A stretch of DNA of 64,000 bases, taken from Octopus sinensis. Taxonomy: Eukaryota. The first letter of the stretch is position 1; every line of letters begins with the position of its first letter. The stretch is from assembly GCF_006345805.1 (NCBI RefSeq), contig NC_043008.1, positions 14,384,001-14,448,000 on the forward strand, written 5' to 3'. Made by a program: the position numbers and the translations under genes. This document shows positions 12,458-25,027 of the stretch, one piece after another. The notes under the pieces are model-generated. The model was not told the DNA's origin. It did no database searches and saw nothing but the letters and a program-made list of their open reading frames with translations.

Positions 12458-12590
12458 TATAATAATAATAATTATTATTATTATTATTATAATAATAATA
12501 AAGGGTAAAATTAATTAATCAATTAATAATTAATCATTTTACCAAGTAGTTCGGTATGTTAAAAGAACCATTATCGGTAACCTTATACAA

Positions 12591-12739
12591 AAATTCTATA
12601 AGTATAAGCATAATTATAATTAGGGTTCAGCAAAATTTGGTAGGGGAATAGTATTTAACTGCTATTTCTAAATTTCGGTATGTGGTGAAACAAATTTTGC
12701 TGAACCATAATTATAATTTTGCTTATAATTATAGAATTT
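12591..12739. repeat. 48-bp inverted repeat with 53-bp spacer, between diverged direct repeats (~12501-12580, ~12780-12870)
   Basis: AAATTCTATAAGTATAAGCATAATTATAATTAGGGTTCAGCAAAATTT against its reverse complement, about 3 mismatches. Confidence 0.7.
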
Positions 12740-13043
12740 ATTTATATATATTTATATATATATATATATATATACACAAAAAGGGTGAAATATAATTAAT
12801 TTAATAAAATTAATAAATTTCACCTAGTAGTTTTATCGGTATGGAAAAGACCATATTTGGTAAGGATTATATTAATTATAATAAAGGGTTAATTGCAACA
12901 AATTGCTCAAAACCACGTACCGAAAATATTAGAAATGGCAGCCAAATAGGTCACCATTTCTCCTACTAGTAAAAAAGTCTCCACAAACAATCAGAATTTG
13001 CAACCCGTATATTGCAAAGAGAAAGAAAATAACGAAATCACAG

Positions 13044-13087
<44 letters not shown>

Positions 13088-13374
13088 GCATGTATGTATG
13101 TAGGTATGTATGTATATATGTATGTAATACACACACACATATATAGAGAGAGATATATACATATATATGGGTGGGTGTGTGTGTGTGTGCATGTATGTGT
13201 GCAAATATGTCCGTATGAACGTGTATGTATATAAATGTGTGTGTGTGTGTATGTGTGTGCGTGTGTGTGTGTAGGCAAATCGAAAATCAAAAATAAAACC
13301 AAAAGGAACAAGTCAAAAGGAAGTACACGGTGATTGTATTAGTTTGACGCTCAGCTTAAGATGGAACAAAGAGT

Positions 13375-13415
13375 GGGTTTACGACGTTTCGAGCGTGGCT
13401 CTTCGTCAGAATGAG
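13375..13415 (-). ncRNA. Minimal hammerhead-like motif (extra-A type)
   Basis: Minus strand CTGACGA-A-GAGC-cac-GCTC-GAAACGTC; stem I not recoverable. Confidence 0.4.
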
Positions 13416-13733
13416 GAAATAGGAAAGATCCCGAAAGAAGGAAAAAATTAAAGCATGTGTGTGAAACTAAGGACATTGTCCAGTCGTCTCGTTCTTTGTC
13501 TCTCCTCGGCCTCCTTTTCTCTCCTTTTTCTGAGGATTTAATACCTGAAAAATATAATAAAAATAAGATGTGAAACTCACTGCTGTGACTCTGAGTATTG
13601 TTGGTTGGTTCTTCAGAATATTTATGTGTGTCTGTCTATTTCTTGGTCAATAAACCTGCATCTATATAGGCCACGTGCCTTCGCCCCCACACAATGTGTG
13701 TGTGTGTGTCTGTGTGTGCACGCGCTCGTGTGT

Positions 13734-14005
13734 GAAGACACGTGATCTGGTGGTTCAGGTGTTGCACTCACGATCACTAGCTTGTGGTTTCGATTCCGGA
13801 CCGACCGGCGGGTTGTGTTCTTGAGCAAGTCTCTTTTTTTCACTTCGCTCCAGTAGACTCGACAGTAACCCAGTGACGGAATAATCTTCCGATCAGGGGC
13901 AATGCTGGCCTGTTCGCCTAGGCAGCCGGGTGGCATCATGCGAAAGCTGAAACAATGCAAAGCGCATTATGATCAGCGATATGTAACATCTGATATTTTG
14001 GTCGG
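13734..14005 (+). mobile_element. Old tRNA-derived SINE
   Basis: Degenerate head (TGGTGGTTCAGG..CACGATC..GGTTTCGATTCC) followed by GTGTTCTTGAGCAAG. Confidence 0.65.
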
Positions 14006-14169
14006 TACCGCGTTACCGAGGTACCATGATATCGTGTGTGTGAGGACGCATATGTGTGTCTAGCAGCTCAAGGATTCACAGCTTGTGGTGCGCCACCTCC
14101 AAGGATGTGAGAGGGTATTGAAGGGATGCGACAAAGAGAAAATATATATATATACTTTATCAATGCTAT

Positions 14170-14745
14170 GGACAAACTTTAAAAATATCATTAACTTAGT
14201 GTGCTATTAAGCATATCAAAACCTCTATTATTCTATATATGTAGATTTAATCCTTAAGAGATTATAACCAAAAACTGTGTCCTCTTTCAGTTTGCAACGA
14301 CACACTTGAGGGAATGTGGATTCCGTTCTGTTTTTTATTCATCAAGGTGAATTCTTGGGGTCACCAGAATCAACAGGCAGATCTGCAGATCTGAATAGTT
14401 CCACGTTTTGTTAATAAAGTTAATAAGAATAGTTCTACGTTTTGTTAATAAACTTATGACAATAAAAACAGTAGTTATTAAATTCCATGTTCAAAATTGT
14501 AATTCATTTTCCCGTTTATAAAGATTTATTCAATTTATTCAGTATATTACATTGAGTCAAAAGCTTATATTTTAGTTCAAATTGTTCACATTCAGCATTA
14601 TATGAAGATCAATGTAAAATAAAATATATATATATTTGACGATTTTTTTCAATGACAAATATTTATTATTTTTGTAGTGGGTGCGAAAATTAATCAAATA
14701 TTTTCTAGTGGTGTGGGTCTGAGAAAAGGTGGGGAGCTATTGTTA
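14170..14745 (+). pseudogene. hAT (Charlie/Buster-like) transposase C-terminal fragment and probable 3' terminus
   Basis: VLFQFATTHLRECGFRSV resembles the PFATTYLCE.GFS dimerisation motif; downstream GTGGGTCTGAGAAAAGGTGGGGAGCTATTG resembles a hAT end. Confidence 0.5.
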
Positions 14746-15000
14746 TAGAAAGAATAAAAGGAATTTGTAAAGAATGACGATACATTCCCTGGAGGCGAGG
14801 ATAATTTTAATAAATCAAGAATTTATGTTGCATAGCATATGACATTGCTGTATTTGCCTATGTTGTTCAAATACACGTCACTTACAAATTAGAGTTATTT
14901 CTCGTCGCTCATTTTTGCTTAATTTATGTTTAAACTGGGTCTTATTGTTTTCTACTCCGTTTTATATAAGTCTAGACACGTTAGCTGCTGGAGATTAGGT

Positions 15001-15056
15001 CAGACAATTGCTGAGCTGATGAGGGATATTGGACTAGAAACACGTGTCAATGGCTG
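15001..15056 (+). ncRNA. Degenerate type I hammerhead motif
   Basis: CTGATGA 15016-15022, GAAA 15037-15040, perfect palindromic stem III ACAC|GTGT, C15048; stem I displaced by a short insertion; stem II weak. Confidence 0.45.
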
Positions 15057-15235
15057 TTCTCTTATCGCCAAACAATAAGTCTCTTCTGTTCCTTAATGAC
15101 ATGTCAGTTCAGGAGAATTCTTTATTCTTGAGATTATCTCCCGTTTTCCACTGGCGTTGGTCTCAATTTTCATTTGGTAATCATGGTGCATTTTCTAGAG
15201 GTGGAAATGATTGTGATAGATATGGTCTAACCATA

Positions 15236-15608
15236 GATGGACAAACAAGGACAGACAAACGGATTAAGTCGATTACTGATGCGTAACTGGTACTTATTCA
15301 ATCGACCCCGAAAGGATGAAAGGAAAAGTCGACCTCGGCAGAATTTGAACTCAGAACGTAGCAGCAGACAAAATACCTATTTCTTTATTATCCACAAGGG
15401 GCTAAACGCAGAGGGGACAAACAAGGACAGACATAGGTATTAAGTCGATTACATCGACCCCAGTGCGTAACTGGTACTTAATTTATCGACCCCGAAAGGA
15501 TGAAAAGCCAAGTCGACCTCGGCGGAATTTGAACTCACAACGTAACGGCAGACGAAATACCGCTAAGCATTTCGCCCGGCGTGCCAACAATTCAGCCACC
15601 TCGCCGCC
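15236..15608 (-). mobile_element. Multimer-forming tRNA-derived SINE, dimer
   Basis: Family consensus AGGCGGCGAGCTGGCAGAAACGTTAGC..GAGTTCAAATTCCGCCGAGGTCGACTTTGCCTTTCATCCTTTCGGGGTCGAT..AAAGAAATAGGT. The core resembles the Meta-type SINE domain as I recall it (unverified). Confidence 0.9.
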
Positions 15609-16587
15609 GTGATTGAAACCAATATTACTGGAGTTTAGTTATTTGATTACACCCTTGAAAGAGGTACCCCAGCATGGCCGCAATCCAATGACCGAAACAA
15701 GTGAGAGATAAAAGGAAAGAGAAAACAGATTACTCGGCTAATTTTTGCTTCCATTATAGTTTATTGGAAAATTCTTTCATAGTGTTTGCAGCAGATGCTT
15801 GCTTCATCCATTTAGTAATTACCTCACCTTTTAACAATCACTCTCCTCTTTTCTACCAGGATAACTTGTCTTCGAAAATCAATTTCGATTTATCACGGGA
15901 TAATTATTGGATGAATCCTCACTTTGCTTTTTTTTCTTGCATTTTTTTTTTTTCATTGTTTCGTTTTCGTTTTTTACTTCTTTTTTTTTGGTTTTTGTGG
16001 GGTTGTTGTCTTTTTGTCTTTTGTCGCGAAAGTAATGCGAAAAGTTCGCATGAATTTTGTTTTGAAAATATGACCGAACACAATAGCCAATCATTAAAAT
16101 TAACAAACAACACATACAACAATACAGAGAAAAAGAACACTGACAATATACAATGGCTTCAATCGTTATTACATCAAATATTCTCTGCGTCGATGTCATC
16201 ACAGTTTGTCTACTTTGACAGACTTTCCCGTCACAGCAGCATACTGAAGTAAAAACTATGCCTACGCGAATTCCATTCTTTATTCTTTGTTTCACAAAAC
16301 AAATCCACTATCATGCAGATTCTCCCCCATGTTATTCCTGCATTATAAAATCAACAAAATGCAGAGCATCACCAACAAAACAAAATTAGAAATATCTGAT
16401 ATCGCCTACCACATGCATTTCAATTATGTCACTTCACAGTATTTTCTATTAACATTATCTATATTGTTAAAAGTCAATTCGTTTTTGATTTGCTTCGTTC
16501 ACATTATTTTTCTTAATTTTTCTTTTTATACTTGTATCGTATTAATGGTAAGGATTCATGTTGATTCTTTCCATGTTATTATTACTA

Positions 16588-16618
<31 letters not shown>

Positions 16619-16619
16619 A

Positions 16620-16676
<57 letters not shown>

Positions 16677-16985
16677 TCAATATATTTAGACCGCTTAGTG
16701 TAAAGGCAATTATTTTGGGTTCTTCGATAAAAAGGTACCTCTGCAGGTGAGAGTTGTCATTAATAATCATACAAGATATTTAATAAAAAAATATATAGAC
16801 AACTAAACATTTTAAAGCTCTCACGAACGCATATCGTGAAAATAATTTTCTAACAAAGACAAAGACCAAAAAGTTGAAGGTGGGAAACGGAACTGTCAAT
16901 TATATTGATTTCAGTATTAAATTTGATGAAGACAAAAGTTGACTACGACAGATGTTGAACTCAAGATATACACCGTTGCAACAAA

Positions 16986-17070
16986 TACGAGGTGGTATCA
17001 AAAAACGTTCCCGGTCTGGTACTGTAGCACGCCAACAGATGGCAGCACACGGTTGCGTGTGTAGTGAAAA
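16986..17070 (+). mobile_element. Probable mariner-type terminal fragment
   Basis: TACGAGGTGGTATCAAAAAACGTTCCCGG..CAACAGATGGCAGCAC resembles mariner/MITE TIRs; no partner end found. Confidence 0.4.
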
Positions 17071-17329
17071 GTAATAGTGACCTTCATAAGATGTATGTGT
17101 GTGTGTGTGTTTAGTAAGTGTGTCCCATGTGCGTGTATACACTATTTGTACTTTTCAATTTTATTCATTTATTTATTTATCTATTCATTTTTCTTCTCTG
17201 TCTCAATCCCTCTTTAGTATGTGTATGCGTGCCTTACGTGCATGTATAAGGGTTTTAATACTCGTGTCTCTTATTTTCCCTTAGTTTGCCTTTAGTTGTC
17301 ATTTAGCATAGTGTTGTGGAGTGAGGGAG

Positions 17330-17745
17330 TTATTATTCCATTCTCATTTCCTTTTGAGGTTTGTTCTATGTTCTGTTATGTATGTGGCCTCCGTAATATG
17401 TCTGAGTGTCGGATGTGTCTGTGCTATGTGTCAATAAGCTCTTTACATCTATATTTTCGACCGAGCCTCGATGTTCAAATTGAGCAGTGTTGGTAGAGCT
17501 CTGCCGTTCATCCATGTTACATGCTGTCGCTCCAATGTACGTCATTGTCCTGTTTCTGCACCGTCCCTCTGAATACCTTATACTATGGACTACATTCCTA
17601 GTTTTACCGTTTATCTGTAGGTTTCTTCTACACATTATATAGTTCCAATCCGTACATGGGGTTCTTTCAAATGGGTATGTTCTACAGATGAGGGGGTTCT
17701 GTGGGGTCCCTGATCTTCCTACAACTTTAATACGTAGTTTAAACA
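17330..17745 (-). pseudogene. Penelope-like element linker + GIY-YIG fragment, same lineage as 3166-3520
   Basis: KLRIKVVGRSGTPQNPLICRTYPFERTPC..NGKTRNVVHSIRYSEGRCRNRTMTYIGAT..IRHITEATYI..EW; aligns with the 3166 fragment. Confidence 0.8.
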
Positions 17746-17759
17746 GTGACGTGAGATTC

Positions 17760-18060
17760 GGCTGTTATGCTGCTACTGCTGTTGTTGTTGCTGTTGCTGT
17801 TAAGCAAGAAAACGGGTAAGGGTGATTAGGTGATGGTCTAGGGCTTAGGGGCGGGAGGCCCCAGACCTTGGAAAAAAAAACTTTGGTCGTCTTGTAGTCG
17901 AGGGCTCTTCGGTGACGCCCGATACCACTGGGAGGTGGCCCTCGAAGTCACTGGAAATGGAGATCTCCAGGTCCAAATTCTTCAACGGCTGCTGCTGCTG
18001 CTGCTGCTGCTGTACATGTGTCACTAAGAAACCCTTAGCAGGGTGAAATCACGTGTTCCG
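17760..18060 (-). other. GC-rich island with polyQ-coding potential, unidentified
   Basis: Open frame FHPAKGFLVTHVQQQQQQQQPLKNLDLEISISSDFEGHLPVVSGVTEEPSTTRRPK.., no Met; second CAG/CAA tract downstream. Confidence 0.25.
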
Positions 18061-18219
18061 GCAGTTCCGGCGGCCGTAGTAAACGATTTTTATCTGTCAG
18101 CAGTATAGATAAGAGTGCTTTTATGCAACACAAGTTCATATGAGAGGTCCTCTCAGAGTAATAACGCAGTATTCTGTGTTCTAACACAACCTCCCGACTG
18201 AGTTGGGGATAAAAATTAC

Positions 18220-18451
18220 CTATTTCTTTATTGCCCGCAAGAGGCTAAACACAGAGAGGACAAACAAGGATAGACAAACGGATTAAGTCGATTATATCGA
18301 CCCCAGTGCGTATCTGGTACTTATTTATTCGAGCCCGAAAAGATGAAAGGCAAGGTCGACCTTGGCGGAATTTGAACTCAGAACGTAGTGGCAGACGAAA
18401 TACCGATAAGCATTTCACCCGGCGTGCTAACGTTTCTGACAGCCCACCGCC
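18220..18451 (-). mobile_element. Multimer-family SINE, monomer
   Basis: Matches family; AATTACCT duplicated at both flanks. Confidence 0.85.
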
Positions 18452-19444
18452 TTAATTACCTTTTGGTGTCAAAGATGCTTCTATCGCTTTTATGGTTTTA
18501 AATAGATAATTTCCATGGGCAGACATTAAAACTATTTCATTATTGAAGAGAACGTTTTTAGATTTCCTGTGCCACATTCTGGCCAATAATATATGTTAAT
18601 TTATTAAACACCATCATTTAAGAGCTGCTAATCCTCGGAGGTGAATAAGTAAGTTTGTTTCTTTGTTTCCTTATTTTTGTTATTTGTTATTTGTTCATTC
18701 CAGAGTATATTTGAAACTGAGGGAAGAGAAACTTTAAACAAGTTTATTTTTAGAAACCACAACCATGAATTTTGATCTCTTAGGCACCATCATAAGAATG
18801 AGTCATTCATTTAAAATCTACTTTATTTTCGGAGTTAGTTATTTAGAAGTAATTTCTGAGGAAGTCCAGTGACTGTCTGTGTAATGCTGGGACGAATTGA
18901 TACAATCTAATACCATTTTAGACATCGATAACACTATGCCATTCCAGACACTAACCATATAAACCCCTCTCTCCCTCTCTCTCTCTCTTTCTCTCTCTCT
19001 CTTTCTCTCTCTCACTCTCTCTCTCTCTTTCTCTCTCTCGCTCTGCATATTGTCACTTCAACGCTATTCAAATCACTACCAAATTAGTAACACTTCAATG
19101 CTAGTCCAGTCTATACCGACGCCTAATAATAGCAATGCCATATATTACATTAGAAAACACCAAACTATTGCGAATCAATGCACAAACGAGCCGATAGCAT
19201 AGCAGACACTAACAAATCTGATATCAAGTTTATGTATTCAATGTGGAAAACGATACAATCCCTTAAAAATGTTTATTGTTGCTGTTGCTGCTGCTGCTGC
19301 TGCTGCTGCTACTGATGATGATGATGATGATGAAGATGTGGTTTGTTGTTGTTGTTGTTGTTGTTGTACTTATAGCTTCACTTCTAGTTAGCTCATATAG
19401 AACAAACTTTTAATCAAAGAATTCCTATCGCGTCTATTAGCATA

Positions 19445-19785
19445 TCTCTCTATATATAAAGCTGAAGTTGTCTGTGTATGGCAGGTTTGGTAGCCTTCAA
19501 CTAACACTATCTCCTCCGAGACCCTGCGGCGTAAGTTGACCAAAATTGAGAGTATAATAGAAAAAGGCTTGCTCTTCGTTCGTAGAACAAAAAATACAAA
19601 TCGGACCATATTAACACCAAAATTTATTTACATCAAAAAGGTGCTTTTTTTCTATGAAAATCCCTATTGTTTACGATTTTTTTACTGCTGTGTCGCCATT
19701 TTTCGGTGTATTTCAACCAGAAAAATGTTCACTTAAAGAGAATAACAAGCTACATAATGCATAATTTTTACTTTTCAAAAAAATT
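19445..19785 (+). mobile_element. 3'-truncated copy of a non-autonomous Helitron
   Basis: Near-identical to 25028-25370; starts A|TCTCTCTATATATAAAGCTGAAG. Confidence 0.75.
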
Positions 19786-19901
19786 TGCTGTTGTTTCTTG
19801 CACGTCCACCGACCGCATAGAGGTGCCCATATTGGACAGTCTTGGGTCGGCTGAGCATAATGTACTGACATACAGATGATAGATGGAAATATCTTCTACA
19901 T

Positions 19902-20290
19902 AGGCACAGGCGTGACCGTGTGGCTGGAAGCTTGCCTCACAACCAGATGGTTCCGGATTCAGTCCCACTGCATAGTACTTTGGGCAAATGTCTTTTACAA
20001 AAGATTTGGGCCGACCAAAGCCTTGTGATTGGGCTTGGTGGACGGAAACTGAAAGAAGCCCGTCGTATGCATGTGTGTGTGTGTGTGTCTATTTGTTTGT
20101 CTCTTTGTACCCCTCCACTGTTTGACAACCGGCATTTTTACGTTCCCGTAACTTAGCGGTTCGGTAATAGAGTATCGAAGAAATAAGTATCAAGCTGAAA
20201 AAAATAAAAAATAATGACTTTCGACTAAAATTTCTTCTTCGCAGTGCCCCAGCATGGTCGTGGTCTAATGGCTGAAACAAGTAAAAGACA
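19902..20290 (+). mobile_element. OK-like SINE (diverged)
   Basis: Family head, internal GT tract and tail. Confidence 0.75.
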
Positions 20291-20493
20291 AAAATATGTG
20301 GCTGTGTGGTAAGTAGCTTGCTTACCAACCACATGGTTCCGGATTCAGTCCGCAGAAGTGGTCCATTGCTTGGATTTAAGCAACAAAATTTATTTGTAGT
20401 TTATAATTTTAAACCCACCTATATACATATATATATATATTCTTATATGTATCTATATATAAATATATATATATGTATGTATATATACATATA

Positions 20494-20529
<36 letters not shown>

Positions 20530-20599
20530 AGTATTTATATATATGTATGCATATATACATATATATATGTGTGTATGTATATATATATATATATATATA

Positions 20600-20630
<31 letters not shown>

Positions 20631-20808
20631 TGTATGTATATATATATATATTTATATGTGTATATATATATATATATTATAATTCTCGTAGAAATAATTT
20701 GCGAAGATATCATTGGCTCTTTTATTATCTAGTGTAACAATTTTAAAATGATAATAACATAATCAATAATATAGGTCATTGCAGGCCCTAAAAAGAGCAT
20801 TAAATAGC

Positions 20809-21136
20809 TGAAGGATTAAAATTAATCAAAGCACATACCAAGTATGTCTAGCTGCTGGAAATAACAGCCAAATCTCTTATTTAAATCGCCAACATACACT
20901 GATGATAACTACATATATCAACCGTCCGACGAGAAACGGACTAAAACAATTTCTCAGCATATATTTAAATATCTGGACTCACGTGGACCAGTTTCTGGAC
21001 TGGCATAATATCCTTCAGAAAGTTGATTTCTGTGGTTATTATCTGTGTATTTTGGCGGGTTAAATAAGAGTTTTGACTGTAATTTCCAGCAGGTAGATAT
21101 ACATAGTATGTCCTTTGATTAATTTTTAACCCTTCA
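20809..21136. mobile_element. MITE with ~115-bp imperfect TIRs
   Basis: 20809-20922 against the reverse complement of 21022-21136, roughly 80% by eye; termini TGAAGG..CCTTCA, TA on the right side. Confidence 0.7.
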
Positions 21137-21215
21137 TATACACATATATACACATATATACATTTATATACATATATATACATATATATTTATACATATA
21201 TATACGTATATACAA

Positions 21216-21260
<45 letters not shown>

Positions 21261-21583
21261 TATGCATATATATATATATATATAAATATATGCATATATA
21301 CATGCATACATATATGTATACATATATGCATACATACATATATATACATATATATATACATATATATATGTACAAATATATATATACATAAATACATATA
21401 TATGCATACATATATATACACATATATATACATACATATACTTACATATATATACATATCTATATATATATACATATATATATACATACATATATATACA
21501 TATATATATACATATATACATACATGTATACATATACAAATATATATACATACATATATATACATGTACGTATATATACATAC

Positions 21584-21645
<62 letters not shown>
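21137..21645. repeat. Long compound (AT)n/(ACAT)n microsatellite
   Basis: Direct reading. Confidence 0.95.
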
Positions 21646-21647
<2 letters not shown>

Positions 21648-22840
21648 CTTCACGTGTGTGTATGCGCGTGCGCTTTTGTGTACTTATGATTATAAATGAT
21701 GAGTTGGAGGTAGCATCTTTTTTTGCAATCACGATTCTGCTCCATTTTTTTTTTCTTTTTCCTTTACTTTTATATCAAGGGTTTTCTCTCTTTCCTTTTT
21801 TTCTTTTGTTTTTTTTTTTCATATTTCCGCCATTTAACATCAGGTTGTTTCTTTTTAATCAATAAATATCTTACGTTTATCGACATTTCAAAAACCTTCT
21901 CAGCTGTATCTCCTGACTTAAATCATTTTAGTGTCAATTGTTATTGGTTTTTCAATCATAGAACGAATCGCGGGAGCCTTTTGTGTCGTTTCTCATTTAT
22001 TATCACCGCTCTTTAAATTTTCGACCAATATGCACGATCTATGTTTCCATCTTATTTCTTTTCTGTCTTTTTAGGGATTGCTTTTTCCCAACAGCCTAGA
22101 AATTGGCGTTACTTTCTGATGATTAACTTTGTAGCCAAAATTCCTATTTTTTTTTTTTTCATTCTTTATTTCTGTATAGCACGATGACTTTAATATGGCT
22201 TTTTTTCACTAATCCTGGAATTTGGGGGACATTCTATATATTTGAGCAGAGTACTGGAAAAGTTCCTAGATTTAAGGTTATTTATTTCTTTACTACCCAC
22301 ATGGGAACAAACAAGAACAGACAAACGGATTAAGTCGATTACATCGACCCCGAAAGGATGAAAGACAAAGTCGACCTCGGAGGAATTTGAACTCAGAACG
22401 CAACAGCAGACGAACTACGGCTACGCATTTCGCCCGGCGTGCTAACGTTTCTGCCAGCTCGCCGCCTTCTTAGATTTAAGGATATCATGAAACGCCTGGT
22501 TCGAGTCCCAACCTTCCGTGTTTTTTTATAGAGTTTGGAAACACTGAAGAAATGTTGAAATAAGTGTATGAATCTGAGAGGGGAACATGATGGACAAAAT
22601 CATAATTAAGTGACCCTCTTGTATTTTCTTTTACTCAAAGCCGGGAAATTTCAGCACTCCCTCATATAGTAGTTCAATTACAAATTGTTTTTTTGCTTTG
22701 TGGGTGGTTTTATTGTCAAATAATGCACTGGAATAGCATGGAATAATGTCAAATAATGTGTTGGAGATTACTGTCTCGAGTCCTTAGATATACTGAGCCT
22801 GTTATGCGGTTTCTATGGTATATATATATAAGTGACAGAA

Positions 22841-23245
22841 AGGCGGCGAGCTGGCAGAGACGTTAACACGCCAGGCGAAATGCTTAGCGGTATTTTCGTC
22901 TGCCGTTACGTTCTGAGTTCAAATTTCGCAGAGGTCGACTTTGCCTTTCATCCTTTCGAGGTCGATAAATTAAGTACCAGTTACGCTCTGGGGTCGATAT
23001 AATCGACATAAACCATTTGTCCTCTCTGTGTTTAGCTCCTTCTGGGTAGTAAAGAAATAGGTATTTCGCCTGCTGCTAGGTTCTAAGTTCAAATTCCACC
23101 AAGTTCGACTTTGCCTTTCAGCCTTTCGGGATCGATAGATTAAGTATCAGATACGCACTGGGGTCGATGTAATCGACTTAATCCGTTTGTCTGTCCTTGT
23201 TTGTCCCTTCTATGTTTAACCCCTTGTAGGCAGTAAAGAAATAGG
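22841..23245 (+). mobile_element. Multimer-family SINE dimer with 15-bp TSD
   Basis: TATATAAGTGACAGA at 22825-22839 and 23246-23260. A deleted minus copy at ~22280-22467 has an ~18-bp TSD. Confidence 0.9.
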
Positions 23246-23542
23246 TATATAAGTGACAGAGATCATAACATCGTTCATGAACGGGACGCCAGTCAGCCAC
23301 AGGTTTACCTATTTGCAGATGAATAGACTGGGATAATGTGAAAGGAAGAGTTTGCTCAAGAACATCACGCACCGCCCGACCTGGAAATGGATATCGCGTT
23401 TTGCAATCGTAAAGCAACATCCTTCGCACCAGATCATACGCTTTCGTTGGACTATCACAGGGGTGGGAAATCTTTTGGATATTAGGGGTGAAATGGAAGT
23501 ATATATGTTAGCTTCGGACGGCACATTTGTGCTGTAGTAATA

Positions 23543-23775
23543 ACTCTTTTATTCTTGTATTTCTTTCAGTCATTTGACTGCAGCCATGCTGGAGCACCGT
23601 CTTTAGTCGGAATAAATCGACACCAGTACTTATTCTTTGTAAGCCTAGTACTTATTCTATATGTCTCTTTTGCCGAACCGCTAGGTTACGGGGACGTAAA
23701 CACACCAGCATCAGTTGTCAAATGATGGTGGGGGTACAAACACAGACACACAAACATACACATACACAAACTCAT

Positions 23776-23812
<37 letters not shown>

Positions 23813-23945
23813 CGACGGGCTTCTTTCAGTTTCCCTCTACCAAATCCACTAAGGCTTTGGTCAGCCCGAGGCTATAGTAGACGACACTTGCTCAAGGTGC
23901 TACGTAGTGGGACTGAACCCAGAACCATGCAGTTGGGTAGCAAGC
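23543..23945 (-). mobile_element. OK-like SINE
   Basis: Reverse complement of the family. Confidence 0.85.
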
Positions 23946-24363
23946 TACTTTATTTTATCAAATTTACCATAAAGGCAGCTACTTACCACACAGCCACTCT
24001 TAGCTTTAATGTAATAAATTCATAGATATGCGGCTTATATGAAATTACTTTAGAATGCTTAGTAGAATTCCGTTATTCATTATTTCGGGATCGATAAAAT
24101 AACAAGTACCAGTTGAGACCTGGGGTCGAAGTAATCGTCTTATCCCTCCCCCAATATTGCTGGTCTTGTGCCAAAATCTGAAATCAATATCAATTACTTT
24201 ATTGGTTTTATAAAATTAAGCAGTATTGTCTTTCCTGTAAGTTTTCAGGATTAGTATCAATGGGTAGGGATTTCAAAATCGAACGCGGAGAAAACATTCC
24301 ATTCCAGTGTTGTAAACACATGTTCGACCAATAAGACATTATGATGTTTCTATGCTTCAGCTA

Positions 24364-24818
24364 GGAGGCGCAATGGCCCAGTAGTTAGGGCAGCGGACTC
24401 GCGGTCGGAGGATCACGGTTTCGATTCCCAAACCGGGCGTTGTGCGTGTTTATTGAGCAAAAACTCCTAAAGCTCCATGAGGCTCCGGCAGGGGATGGTG
24501 GCGACCCCTGTTGTACTCTTTCGCCCCAACTTTCTCTGCAGTCGGAGGATCCCGGTTTCGATTCCCAGACCGAGCGTTGTTTGTGTTTATTGAGCGAAAA
24601 CTCCTAAAGCTCCACGAGGCTCCGGCAGGAGGTGGTGGCGACCCCTGTTGTACTCTTTCACCCCAAATTTCTCTCACTCTTTCTTCCTGTTTCTTGAGTA
24701 ACGCTGCGATGGACTGGCGTCCCGTCCAGCTGGAGGAAGGAACACATATGCTACAGAAACCGGGAAACCGGGCCCATGAGCCTGGCTAGACTTGAGAAGG
24801 GCGCATAAATAAATAAAT
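24364..24818 (+). mobile_element. tRNA(Arg)-like SINE (OR2-like) with internal duplication
   Basis: GGAGGCGCAATGGCCCAGTAGTTAGGGCAGCGGACTCGCGGTC..GGTTTCGATTCCC; ~120-bp segment repeated; (TAAA)n tail. Another copy at 63853-64000. Confidence 0.8.
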
Positions 24819-25027
24819 GCCTCATCTTGACTTAGTGATACAAAGATCACAGCTAATATCTGATTTAAATTTGGGTCAGCGGTTTGCTTTATGCTATTTG
24901 TTAACTGTAACGTTCAATTTTAAAATTAATTCTTTTTTATGTATGTATTATGCTAAATTTTGCGATGGATCCATATATTTTCTCGAGCGGTCTTAAAGTG
25001 GACATTATACATGATAGCTACTAGTAA

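Noticed and set aside
22530-22570. CTGAAGA-AATGTT-GAAA
   Set aside because: Stem II loop is too small and there is no UH cleavage site.
24364-24440. tRNA genes (also ~2200-2270, 52631-52690, 63853-63930)
   Set aside because: The tRNA-like heads lack a closed acceptor stem and run into repeated SINE bodies.
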